NCBI RefSeq assembly: GCF_006345805.1
Contig: NC_043002.1
Coordinates: forward strand, 45,260,001 to 45,324,000
From: Octopus sinensis
Lineage: Eukaryota
Direction of reading: 5' to 3'
Length of the DNA stretch: 64,000 nt
The notes below the pieces were generated by a model that searched no databases, was not told the DNA's origin, and saw only the letters and a program-made list of their open reading frames with translations. The position numbers were made by a program, and so were the translations under genes. Positions 12,131 through 24,013 of this stretch are shown here, one piece after another (position 1 is the stretch's first letter; every line of letters starts with the position of its first letter).

Positions 12131-12584
12131 AGTGTGTTTTGTGCACTTGTGTCCATTTTTTAAAAACTTTTTTCCCCCTTTTTTGCTTTTCATCTTTCTC
12201 CTATCTTTCAGTTATATATCTACGCGCGTGTCTTTGCGTGCGAAATATAATTATTCATATATGAAATACATAAAAATAATTATAAGCATGAATGCAGCTA
12301 GATTATTATTTGACTGAATATATATATAATTAAGTATATACTTCCACATTATAAATATCTGAACCAATCTATATCCGTATCTGCATCGCTCTGTATTGGA
12401 TTCTGTGCATGAAATTAGCGTTTGTGTTCAAATTATCTAAAACACAATATTTTACCCCCGGAATTTATAAATGCTTTGTATTCTATATTTTCATAATGCT
12501 GTAAATATTATAATTGCTATAACTCTTATTGCTATTGTTTTATACAAGTGATTTTCTTTTAATGCAGCTTCTGCATATACGTAC

Positions 12585-12650
<66 letters not shown>

Positions 12651-12654
<4 letters not shown>

Positions 12655-12856
12655 TGATTCGTTAGCTACTGCACGCATTTTTTTTCTCTCCTTCTTTCTG
12701 TGTTTTTCTCTCTCTGTGTATCTTTCTGTTGAAGAGCGTAGGCTCGAAACGTTAAAGACTTGTTTTATTTATATTTCCTGAGCGCCATACTAATACAATT
12801 GTTCGTTTGTTTTCCACCTGCCTTCGTCTTTTGTTTATTTTCATAAAGCTTCCCGT

Positions 12857-12858
<2 letters not shown>
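12651..12858 (+). mobile_element. PLE-type terminal repeat in (TA)n
   Basis: Non-coding ~200 bp between (TA)n tracts, containing a hammerhead motif. Confidence 0.65.
12721..12758 (+). ncRNA. Minimal hammerhead ribozyme motif, A6U core change
   Basis: UCUUU-CUGUUGA-A-GAGC-GUAG-GCUC-GAA-ACGU-U-AAAGA; perfect stems I and II, palindromic ACGU. Confidence 0.7.
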
Positions 12859-12907
<49 letters not shown>

Positions 12908-14170
12908 ATATATATATATATATATACATGTATGTATGTATATAATGTTATATACATGTACGTACGCGTATATACACACGTATATATATACATACATACA
13001 TACGTTTACACATACATGCACACATTCGCATACACGCTCACACACACATACACACTTACAGATACGCGTGTATATTCACGACAAAAGGAAAATTCGCTCC
13101 ACAAAGCGATAAATTATTTCACTCGAGCGATTAGTACATATTCGGTTGACAAATATGCACTTTATGGGTAAATAAATATCAACGCCTTATGAAATTATTT
13201 TAATTATTTTCTTCACGTAAGCATAAGAAATTGATACGAATAACACGTGAAATGTCCATTCCGCAGAATTGTTCTAAGATTATGTATATATATATATATA
13301 TATATTAGCTCTTACATATTATTAAGTGCATTAAACGGGTGTTGTATTTGCAGAATAAAGAGTGTCGGATAAAATGCCTTATGAAATTAATTACGATATT
13401 TTATATTCTGAGTTCAATCTTAACTTTCATTCTTTCTAGTGGATAAAATAAAGCACGATGGGTATGCTTAATTGATTGTATTCTTCCCAAAATCATTTAG
13501 CCTTGAATCGATATTAGGAGTAAATATAAAAGGCATTAAAAGACGGTTGATTGTCAAACTGTTGCAGTAGCAGATAAAGTGTATTGCGGTAAGAAGATCA
13601 AGTAAAAAGAAAACCAGTCAGAATCATACTTGTTCACTTTTCTATATAACAACCATGGACATAGATCCAACCAGGAGCCCGCCGGTCACCACTCACTAAC
13701 ACCCAAGCCAGACATCTTATTCCTTGGAGACATAAGTTTGTCATCCTTTATTTCTAATCTCTGTCATCCTTTATCTCAGATTCACTCTGGAAGGAGATCA
13801 TTGCACTTTTGTAGAATCCAGTATCTCTACCACTCACTTTTCTGTCGGAAACCAGCGACAAGGATTTCCAGTTAATCTGCTCACCACATTCAACTCCTAA
13901 TCTTCTAAATTCGTATACTTTCTCAATTGCTCTCCCAATTCTTCCATCCATAATCAGTTATTTGGCAACCACACATTACATTTAATATAATATTCCATCT
14001 TGTATCACCTTTCTCTGCGGTTAGCATCCTTCAATATTCACAACTCCTCTTGATCAGCCACTTATCCTGCGCTATGTTACTGCGCAGAAGCAAAGTCTTG
14101 TCCTATTCTGAACTCTCTGCAACAGCAGCATCACCCATTTGTTTCCCATAACAACACTTCAAATGTTCCA

Positions 14171-14260
<90 letters not shown>

Positions 14261-14359
14261 CACACACAGCGTTTCTACATTTATCAGACCATCCGATCAA
14301 AAGTTAATCAAGACTACTCACCGCGCATCAACATAGTGCGCATCAAAAGCTCCTATACC

Positions 14360-14591
14360 TATTTCTTTATTACCCACAAGGGGCTAAACACAGAGGGGAC
14401 AAACAAGGACGGACATAGGTATTAAATCGATTACATCGACCCCAGTGCGCAACTGGTACTTAATTTATCGACCCCGAAAGGATGAAAGGCAAAGTCGACC
14501 TCGGCGGAATTTGAACTCACAACGTAACGCAGACGAAATACCGCTAAGCATTTCGCCCGGCGTGCTAACGTTTCTGTCAGCTCGCCGCCTT
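14360..14591 (-). mobile_element. SINE family A, full length
   Basis: Complete copy; 14-bp direct repeat aaagctcctatacc at 14346-14359 and 14687-14700. Confidence 0.9.
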
Positions 14592-16512
14592 AAAATTCCA
14601 CTCACAAGACATTATCACGAAGCTAATAGAAGGAAACAGTTTTCAAAGGTACCACACAGGGTTTCCTGACAGATTGAGTGGCCTTGAAAGCTCCTATACC
14701 ACCACCCCGACCCGTAAACCACTTTAAGTAAGCTATCTGATCAGAACTTGGCCAGTTTTATGCTACTTCTAGAAGCACATGTTCTTCACCGATGACACCT
14801 ACGAGTTAGTTAAGCAGATAAACGATATATATCTCCCAAACATGTCCTTTTAAATCCCTCACACAATCAAAGCCCAAACTCTCAAATTTTCCAAACGAAA
14901 GTCTTTAGATGGTCACTCAATCTGCCAGGAAACCCTGTATGGTACCTTTGAAAACTGTTTCCTTCTATTAGCTTCGTGATGATGTCTTGTGAGTGGAATT
15001 TAGTTGACGAAAAGTATGCCTAAGCCCATTGTGTTTATGTGATTGTGTGTATTCAAGATTATGTACGTGTGTGTGTGTGCGTGTTTGCACGTCTGTTAGT
15101 ATGAGTTTATGTGTGTATGCTTTATGATATATTGTGTGTGTTTGTGAGTGTGTTTGTGAGTGTGTGTGTGAATGTGAGTGACTGACTGCATGTGTGCATG
15201 TGTATTAAGGTATATTTAAATGTGTTTTTGTGTATATCGATGTAATTCGGCGCGTTTGGTTAGGGCTCTTCACGCCAGAAAGGTAAATTTTGGCCATTTG
15301 ATACAGATCGATAAAACAAGTCCAGATTAAGTGCTGGGATTATCGACTAAAAACACCTAAAATCATGACCACACTTCAATGAGTGAAACCAGTAACAATA
15401 AAATATTATGAAAATGCCATGCTAAAACAAAGAACAACTCATTGGACAGTGTAGAGTTTGATATAACAAAAGACTGCATGTAATGTTTTTTGAATACCTT
15501 TGAACATAGAATAGCTTGATCGGGGCCGACCTGAGCATAAATAACCATATCCCTAGATCACCGAAGTGATCACATTTTGCCTGCATGTTTACAGCTGCAC
15601 TAGAAATATAAGTGAAGAGTATGGCCCATTACACCTGGAAAAAGTCACCCGTGTGCATTAACTAGATACCTTTTACCTGCCATTGCAACTCCTACTGGCG
15701 AGTGTCTTCAAAGCAGAATTTATGTTAGTGCATCACACGAACATTTCCATTCGAAGTAGAAATTCCATTTATACAACAACGATTAAAAGTTGAGTGACTG
15801 CAAGCTGTGAAAACTGCAATTGTTTGTAACTATAAACTGCGTTAGCGGTAACGGCTTGTGGTTGTAAATCGGGTAAGCTGTAACGATTGGTAACTGTGGC
15901 CTGCATAAGTTACATTGCCTTGTAACTTGTAGCAATAATGCATTCGTTCAGAATTCGTTACGCTCTACAAAGAAACGAAATAGCATGAATGAAACTGGGA
16001 TTAATTAGTGATCTGTAATGATTGCTGTAGTCATTGCTGTTGAAGAAAGGCCCGGCGTGAGCTGGGAGTAAAAACCAGCATAGCAAGTGAGTTGATTCCA
16101 TATTTATTGATATCTTTGTAACAAGGAAATCAATGAGAAAATAGTTTTTCTGTTGCGGAACTCTACATTATGGTGATATTTTTCAGGGGTGCAACGCTTC
16201 AGTAACGCGGGGCCTGCCTGGATAAAATCAAGTAACCTTTCTCTTCAGGGCCAGAAAATACTTTACTTCTAATCAGTTATATTTATAATTATGATTATTA
16301 GTCCTTTACAAAACCCATGTAAAAGCCACAGCTGAGTACTGTCCCCATCTTTGGAGTGGTGCTTACGTTACACACAAAAACATCCTGGATCATATTCAAA
16401 AGGCTATCCAAGTGACTGGCAAAGACACCCTCATCAACACACTACATATGAGTGTTTCTCTCTCTTTCTCTCTCTCTTTTTCTCTCTCTCTTTCTCTCTC
16501 TCTCTCTTTCTT

Positions 16513-16544
<32 letters not shown>

Positions 16545-16549
16545 AGTGT

Positions 16550-17330
16550 GTGCCTCCTCGAATCCTGACTCAAAATCACTGAGGAAGAACTCGATAATGC
16601 CATCTTCTACGGGATGCTGCCTGCAGAGATCGATTCGTGCATTGGGTATCAGCCCTGCCAGCCAATGTCAAAGGCGTCTACACAACTAGAATGAATTAAT
16701 TCGTATAGCTTTTATCTTTAAATTACATTTTGATGCTGCTACCAGCATCAAAATGTAATTAAAAGATAAAAGCTATCCAGACTCGTTTACCAGACACCGA
16801 CCAGGTGATATACTCACAAAGAATGATAACATCTCGAGGCAACACTCACTTTCCAAGGTGCCGTCTTTTAATGATAGAACCATTTTTTCAGTCTAACAGC
16901 CGATCTATAATGAATGACTAGCAAACTCTAGGGCGACTTCTTTGAGAAAATAGCTATCTGAAAATCTCTCCTGTGTACTCACATAACTATGTATACAAGC
17001 AGGTCAGCTAACCCCGCACAATGTGGATATTTGCGAACTTAAGTAACGTGGCTTTCCAGCAGAAGATTGATCTGGAACCCGAACACCTGAAAAATGCTAC
17101 TAAAGAGATAGGCATGGTAGATGAGGCCAGTTCGAGTGACTATGGTTAACAAGAGACAGCAAGTGGAACCCATTCGCGAGCGAAGAGTAATTCAATCTTC
17201 ACTTAGGCGAACATACAGGCTAAGTAGAAGGGGTGAAACGGTGACCCTGGGATGCTTGCCGATGATACGAAACGATTTCTGACATTGCAATAGAATCAGG
17301 AAAGCTTGTAATATTTCTGAGTAGCTCCTA
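16550..17330 (+). mobile_element. Possible highly degenerate LINE RT fragment
   Basis: Scattered KITEEELDNAI, FNLHL...EGVK and MLADDT motifs in different frames, in RT order. Confidence 0.3.
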
Positions 17331-19142
17331 TAGTTTCTGCGTGGGCCAAAGTAACTCCAATATTATTGTTTAACACCGGCAGCACTGTTCACAAGAAGCC
17401 CATCCACATTAAAGAGTGCATTCATACAAATATTTCTTCTAGTCCACAACACCTAAACAGATATTGAAACCAAGGTGTTATAGCCACCATCAAAATCACA
17501 AAACCGAATGTTGGAAATATGAACTTTAATTAAACTATTGTTTATTAAAAATTTTAATCCTACTAGCTTTGATAGAAATGATAGGCAGGAGTTCTGCGGC
17601 ACTAACTAGATACTTTAACACTATCAACCTGTGCATATTGCTACCCAATTGTCTTCACATATATGCAGTACAGAGTTAAGCCTAGTTTTCAATGGAAAAG
17701 AAATAAACCTTTTGATCTCATTTCCAACTAACATTATTGTGACTTTCTAAAACAATTTTACTTCTTTTCTGCAATGCAATATAACAGAATTAATATTCGT
17801 AGAAAACTGAAGGCTACGCAAAAAATTTTTGGTGGGCTTCGTAACAAAAATGGTCTAATCAAGATTCGCTAGTGAAGTCTGACAGAGAAATTTTATCAAA
17901 ATTATTGACTTTAGATAAAACATTATAAAAAATATTTCGGATTTTCTCAAACATTTCATTTTCTGAACAATGCCAAATCATTTTTGCTCTCTAGGGACCG
18001 TTAAATAAAAAGAATATAACTGACTTCATAAAATAATGAAAGATGATTGTTTGAAATATGATGTGCTCACCAAAAAAATTAAATCAGATAATTTTTCAAT
18101 TAATTTTTATTATTTATTTATTTATAATGCAATACTTTTATTCACGCTAGAATAAAAAATACTGTCAATCAGTGAAAGCAATTTCTTTAATATTTAAAGT
18201 TCATTTATATCATTAAAAAAAGTAGAAAGAAAAATGTTCTTTTTCCACATTTGACCTACTTCAGTAGATACTCAAAACTAACTTACTTTATTTACTTTCG
18301 ACAGAAAATCAAAATTTATCGTTTATCTATTACTAGTTTCAGTCATTGGACTGCGTCCATGCTGAAATACTGCATATGTGTGTGTGTTTGTGGTGGGATT
18401 CCCACAGTTTCCGTCACTCACAAGGCATTGGTCAGCCCGGAACTATAGTGAAAGAAACTTCTTCAATGTGTTGCGCAGTGAGGGTTAACTTGAAATCGCG
18501 AGAGCTTGGTCAGTTATGTAAATAGCATAGATTCAGTAACAATAGGTTTCAGTAAATAACATATTCAAATTAACCTTCCGTAGGACGAAAAATTGTGAAA
18601 TTTTTAAGCGACCTTTGAACCAGTTATATTGATAAAGACCGTTCACGCGATCTATATTTACGATAGAAACTCATCTGCCAAACACTCTCCTAAATATTTC
18701 TATTCATTCATCATAATTCACGACTTTCTAATAAACAGCACAATAAAACGAAGTACTGGTAATTTAAATGAGTAAGTCTTCAACAAAAAACGAAATGTAT
18801 CATGCTATGGTTTACAAATGGTTGAGAGCCGCGACATAGCTAATACTGTACAGCTTCTTTATTGTATGCATGTTTTAGATATTTCCAGTAACATATATAG
18901 AATCACTGGCTCTGGAATGAAAATTTGCTTAGGGGGGTGAAAACCCAGGCCCCAAATCTTTTACAAAGTCTTGTTTTTTTTATTTATTTTTATTCTTTGT
19001 TCTTTGAGAAGAAACCTAACTTCAAGCTACTTTTTACAAATCACTCTTTATGCACTATTTTAAGCCTTCAGCTTAAACCACGTGGTTTAAGCTGGGGGTG
19101 GATACTTTGAGTAAATTGTTATATCCCAGCCATAATGTAGCT

Positions 19143-19383
19143 CAGGGGTTACCCACCGGGGTCCATATCGCCTTTGGGTGTCCATTTAGGATTTTCTTTT
19201 TAAAATTTATGTGCAATAAATTGGTTATGCTTCTAAAATTTTAACAATTTCCTTATACAGTTCTTAATATTTAATTATAAAAATATAATATGATTTTTTG
19301 AACACCGAATGGCTAGTGGGGTCTATCAGAGTAAAATAGGAAGCAGAGGGGTCCATAGATAAAAAAAAATGTTGGGAATATTG
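19143..19383. mobile_element. Possible hAT-type MITE
   Basis: Starts caggggttacccaccggggtcc; internal ggggtcca(t) repeats at both ends; ends gttgggaa; TIRs eroded. Confidence 0.35.
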
Positions 19384-19539
19384 TTTTTTTTTTGCTTTGT
19401 TTTTTCTTGTTATGCAAACTGCCAGATTCAACACGAGCGATCAGTATATAGAATATAGTTGAACAATATGTTGCATTAAGGTAAACACTGGTGGAGCTAT
19501 TTTGAACAGCAATAATGATTTCCTTCCTTCTTTGTTAAA

Positions 19540-19750
19540 GGTGGCGAGCAGACAGAATCGTTAGCACGCCGGGAATTTGCTTCACGGCATTTCGTCCGTC
19601 TTCATGTTCTGAGTTCAAATGCCGCCGGGTCAGCTTTGCCTTTCACCCTTTCAGGGTCGATAAAATAAGTACCAGTTGAACACTCGATTCAATGGAATCG
19701 ACTTAACCCTGTTCCCGAAGTCCCTGGCCTTGTGCCAAAATTTGAAATCA
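19540..19750 (+). mobile_element. SINE family A
   Basis: Head, body and tail; flanking aataatgatttcctt...ttgttaaag repeat. Confidence 0.85.
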
Positions 19751-19974
19751 ATAATGATTTCCTTGTTAAAGACAGAATTTCCTAGATCAAAAATGTTCTT
19801 TCCAACTACTGATGGGACTACACCAATGACTGGTATGCTTTCAGGTGTACAGGTGCATGTGGAACACGCTTCTTCTACCTGGATCAGCGTCCATTGCATT
19901 ATTTACTGAGAATTTTCATCAAAATAAAATAATAACCCAAGTATACGAAAGAAGGTATTTACCTTCAATTTTTT

Positions 19975-20610
19975 TTACTTCTTTCAGTGTTTGGACTGCG
20001 GCCGTGCAGGGGCATTGCCTTGGAGGGTTTAGTCCACTGAATCTACCCCAGTACTTATTGTAAGCATGGTACTTATTCTATTGTCCCGTTGACCGAAGTG
20101 CTAAATTACTGGGACATAAACAAACCAGAGTTGATTGTCAAGTGATGGTGGGGGACATAGACACAGACATAGATACACGTGTGTGTGTGTACTACAGGCT
20201 TCCATACAGTTTCTGTCTTTCAATTCCACTCACAAAGCTTTGGTCGGCCCGGGTCATTGTAGAAGACACTTGTCCAAGGTACCTACTGCGTGGTACCTTG
20301 AACGGCGAGCTGGCGGAATCGTTAGCACGCCGGGCGAAATGCGTAGCCGTATTTCGTCTACCGTTACGTTCTGAGTTCAAATTCCGCCGAGGTCGACTTT
20401 GCCTTTCATTCTTTCGGGATCGATAGATAAATTAAATACCAGTTACGTACTGGGATCCATGTAATCGACTTAATCCGTCTGTCCGTCCTTGTTTGTCCCC
20501 TCTGTGTTTAGCCCTTTGTGGGTAGTAAAGAAATAGGTACCACGCAGTAGGACTGAATCCGAAGCCATGTAGTTGGAAAGCAAACTTTTTACCACACAGC
20601 TATGCATGTG
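19975..20610 (-). mobile_element. SINE family B split by a SINE A insertion
   Basis: Tail 19975-20160, CORE part to 20283, head resumes at 20536. Confidence 0.8.
20303..20540 (+). mobile_element. SINE family A nested in SINE B
   Basis: Full copy; aggtacc duplicated at 20277-20283 and 20535-20541. Confidence 0.9.
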
Positions 20611-22316
20611 CTTATTTGATGACATTGTGAAGTGCTTCAATATTAAGAACGCATTCAAGACAAATCGTGTATGTTTCAAAGACATTTTGAAGACATGGAT
20701 GCCGAATAATCAGTTTTGTTTTTATACTCTCCAGTTAAATGACTTTCATGAAAAAAAGTTCTGATTCGGGTTTTCAAGTTCCGTGAGGAAATCCTCACAT
20801 TTCTCCACTTCGAAGCTAGATTTTGTGACTGACTTCGATTACTCAAAGACCTGATCATCATACTGAATTACATAATTTCTACATTTGAACATGTAAACAT
20901 GCTGAAATTATCACTTAAAGGAATGAGCCTCTATTTTGATTATCATTCTATTTTGTAATTAGCAAGATCCGATAATTTCACGCTCTTTTAACGTTTTGAG
21001 ATGAAAATGTTAAGAAAGCAGACATTTCCAATTTCCCTTACATGCTGACAGCTCTGACAGAGACGGATTTTAAAGATTACTGTACCATCATAGGCAATAT
21101 CATAGATTATCTTTGCCATTTAAAATTTAATGCCGAAAAATACTTTCCCCCAGAAGAATATAAATCACTAGAAAGCGCAAACTAGGTGTTAAATCCATTC
21201 GATGCAGCGAAACGTCGAATATTTCTAATGAAGTAAAGATTCAACTTTTGCATTAAATGTTGACTCGATCTGAAAATTAAAATTCTTTACATCAACAGTT
21301 AATGAACGCTGAGTTATGATATTCAATGAGGCGGTCGCACTGAAAAAAATGTAGTTTAAGTGTTGATAATTCTGCTTCCATTTCTTGAAAACGGAATTCT
21401 TAATAATGGTTTTAAAATATTAAAAAAAGCAATGCATGAAATCAGCTTCGAAAGTTGAACATGTCAATGAGTGGTGCACTAACATCACTATTGCTACAAT
21501 TAGGAAAATTTCATAAGACAACAAAAGTTACCGAGTTATTAAACCTCTTGACTCTTGTTATTTCATTGAAGAGATTCTGCACGATATTTTAAAGGATTCT
21601 ACTTAATCGTTATTCTTGTATAAAATGGTATAATATGATAAGGAAAATGTTTCTTTTACTGTGTTTTTTAAAGTTTCTCTAATTTTTGGAGTTCGTATTG
21701 TCAAAAGAAAAGGTAGAGATCACCGTATTATATACCATATTAACTTTACCTTTATTCCACAACACATAATATAAAATATACTATTTAATACACACACACG
21801 CATATATACCTAGACAGAGAAAAAGAGCAAGAGAAAGAGAGAGATTTAGTGAGAGTTTATTGACTAGATCGAGGTAAAGCAGAAGTGAAGCATGCTCCGC
21901 ATAATGGCTAGATAGTATATAGCACGATTAGCGAAGGAGATATCATCACTGGTCTTTCGCATTTCGCAAATCCAAGATTATTCACGGTTATATAGAAATT
22001 TAAGCGTGGCGTAATGTAAATATCAAACCAGGCTTTTATGGTATTATCTACAATGTTTCATTAAGAAGTTGTATTGTGCTGTAACATCCTGTTATAGACG
22101 TGCAATATCCATAGAATCACTCAAATCTTCAGGCTGTACCATAATTTGAACAGGTAAATAGAGATAGTGGCATATCATTGTTTACCATTTTAAATTATGG
22201 TATAACCTGAAGAGTTGGGGGTTTCTATGTAATGTATTGTATGATCCTATGGATATTGCATGTCCCATATCTGTCTACTCATGATATTACGTCACACAAT
22301 AAAATTCCTTTATATA

Positions 22317-23184
22317 CGAAGTCTGATCAATAAGTATCCGGACTGTTGCTATAGTAACGAAGCTAAAGCACGCAGAGTGAAGCCGCTGGACCTTGAACTC
22401 TGCTGTGCATGTTCATTAAGTTTTCACGTTCGAGTTCACTTCCGCTGTTTCTAGAAATGCTTGGAAGGAAGGTGTGCGGCGTGTGATCGTCGCATTGACC
22501 ATGATAAAGAAAGTTGTCATAGCGATACCTGATCAGAGGCCAGGTAGTAAGTGGAGAGAGAGGAGTATATGAGCCACACACAAGTGTACGAGTGGTTCAG
22601 ACGTTTCCAAGATGGCCAAGGGAATGTTGATATTAATGAACGTTCTAGGAGACCCGCAACCAATAGAACTGCAAAACACATCGCAGATTTGCATACAGCT
22701 GTGAGGGAAGATCGTCGAATCACCATCTGTGAGTTATCAGAGGATGTGCAGATTAGTTACGGTTCAGTTCAGTCCATTATCACTGAAGACTTGGATATGA
22801 GACGAGCGTTTGCCAAGTTTTGCCCAAACCACTTTCAGCTGATCAAAAAGACACACGGGTTTCAGTTACACAAGATGTTCTTGGTTGTTTCGAGAACTAA
22901 GAAAACTTTTTTGGAAACTTTGCGTAGGCCTCTGAGCAGGTATTACCAAGCTTTTGGCAAAATTTGATGCAGATTCTCATCTCCAATTTTCTCTGTCGTC
23001 GTCAATGCGGCCACCACACGACACGCACCTTCCTTCCAAGCGCTGCCGTAAACAACGAAAGTAAGCTACATCGTTAAAACTTAGTATGCATGCACATCAG
23101 AGTTCAAGATCAATCTGTGCTAAGCGGTTTTACTCTGCATACTTTAGCTTGGTTATGTTACTATGGCAACAGTCTGGATACTTA
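22317..23184 (+). mobile_element. Internally deleted mariner-type transposon with long imperfect TIRs
   Basis: ORF 22551-22967 gives a mariner HTH region (VYEWFRRF..G...RP...EDRRIT..L...ISYGSV..I..EDL.MR); 22330-22515 and 22990-23184 are inverted copies. Confidence 0.85.
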
Positions 23185-23608
23185 TATATATAGACACACA
23201 CACATACACACGAGCTTGAGTCAGAGAGTAAAGAAATAAAAATTGCATTACTTTCTGACTCATCCTCGTATATCTTTTATATTTTACTTGTTTCAGTCAT
23301 TGGACTGCGACCATACTTGGGCACAGCCTTCTATATGTTATCTTTATTTTCTACTTGTTTCAGTCATTAGATGCACCTATGCAAGAGCACCAGCTTCAAG
23401 GAATTTTTGCTGGATGAATCGACCCCAGTACTTTTTTAAGCCTAGTACTTAGATATCGGTCTCTTTTGCCGAACTGCGACGAACGTTTGCCAGTGGTGGA
23501 AGAGGACAAACATACACACACACGCACACACGCACACACACACACACACGCACACACACGCGCGCGTACACACAGACAGACAGACAGACAGACAGATAGA
23601 CAGCAGAC

Positions 23609-23674
<66 letters not shown>

Positions 23675-23714
23675 AGATAGATAGAAGATAGATAGAAGAT
23701 AGATAGATTCCTTA

Positions 23715-23935
23715 ACTTTTCTTGTTTTACTTGTCTCAGTCATTTGACTGCGGCCATGCCGGAGCACCGCCTTTAGTCGACTTATTCTTTGTTAGTCTAG
23801 TACTTGTTCTATAGGCTTCCTGTTGCCGAACCGCTAAGTTATGGGGACATAAACACACCAACATTGGTTATCAAGCAACGGTGAGGGAGGGACAGACACA
23901 GACACAGACACACAAACATATACATACATACATAT
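23715..23935 (-). mobile_element. SINE family B tail half (partner of 26190-26352)
   Basis: Reverse complement of the family B tail. Confidence 0.8.
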
Positions 23936-23938
23936 ATA

Positions 23939-24008
<70 letters not shown>

Positions 24009-24013
<5 letters not shown>

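Noticed and set aside
13630-14160. Possible retroelement fragment on the minus strand
   Set aside because: No diagnostic motif could be identified
19770-19955. Possible exon(s), including cadherin-like AMDADPG on the minus strand
   Set aside because: Frames close quickly, splice sites are weak, and the acceptor-like stretch is a SINE TSD
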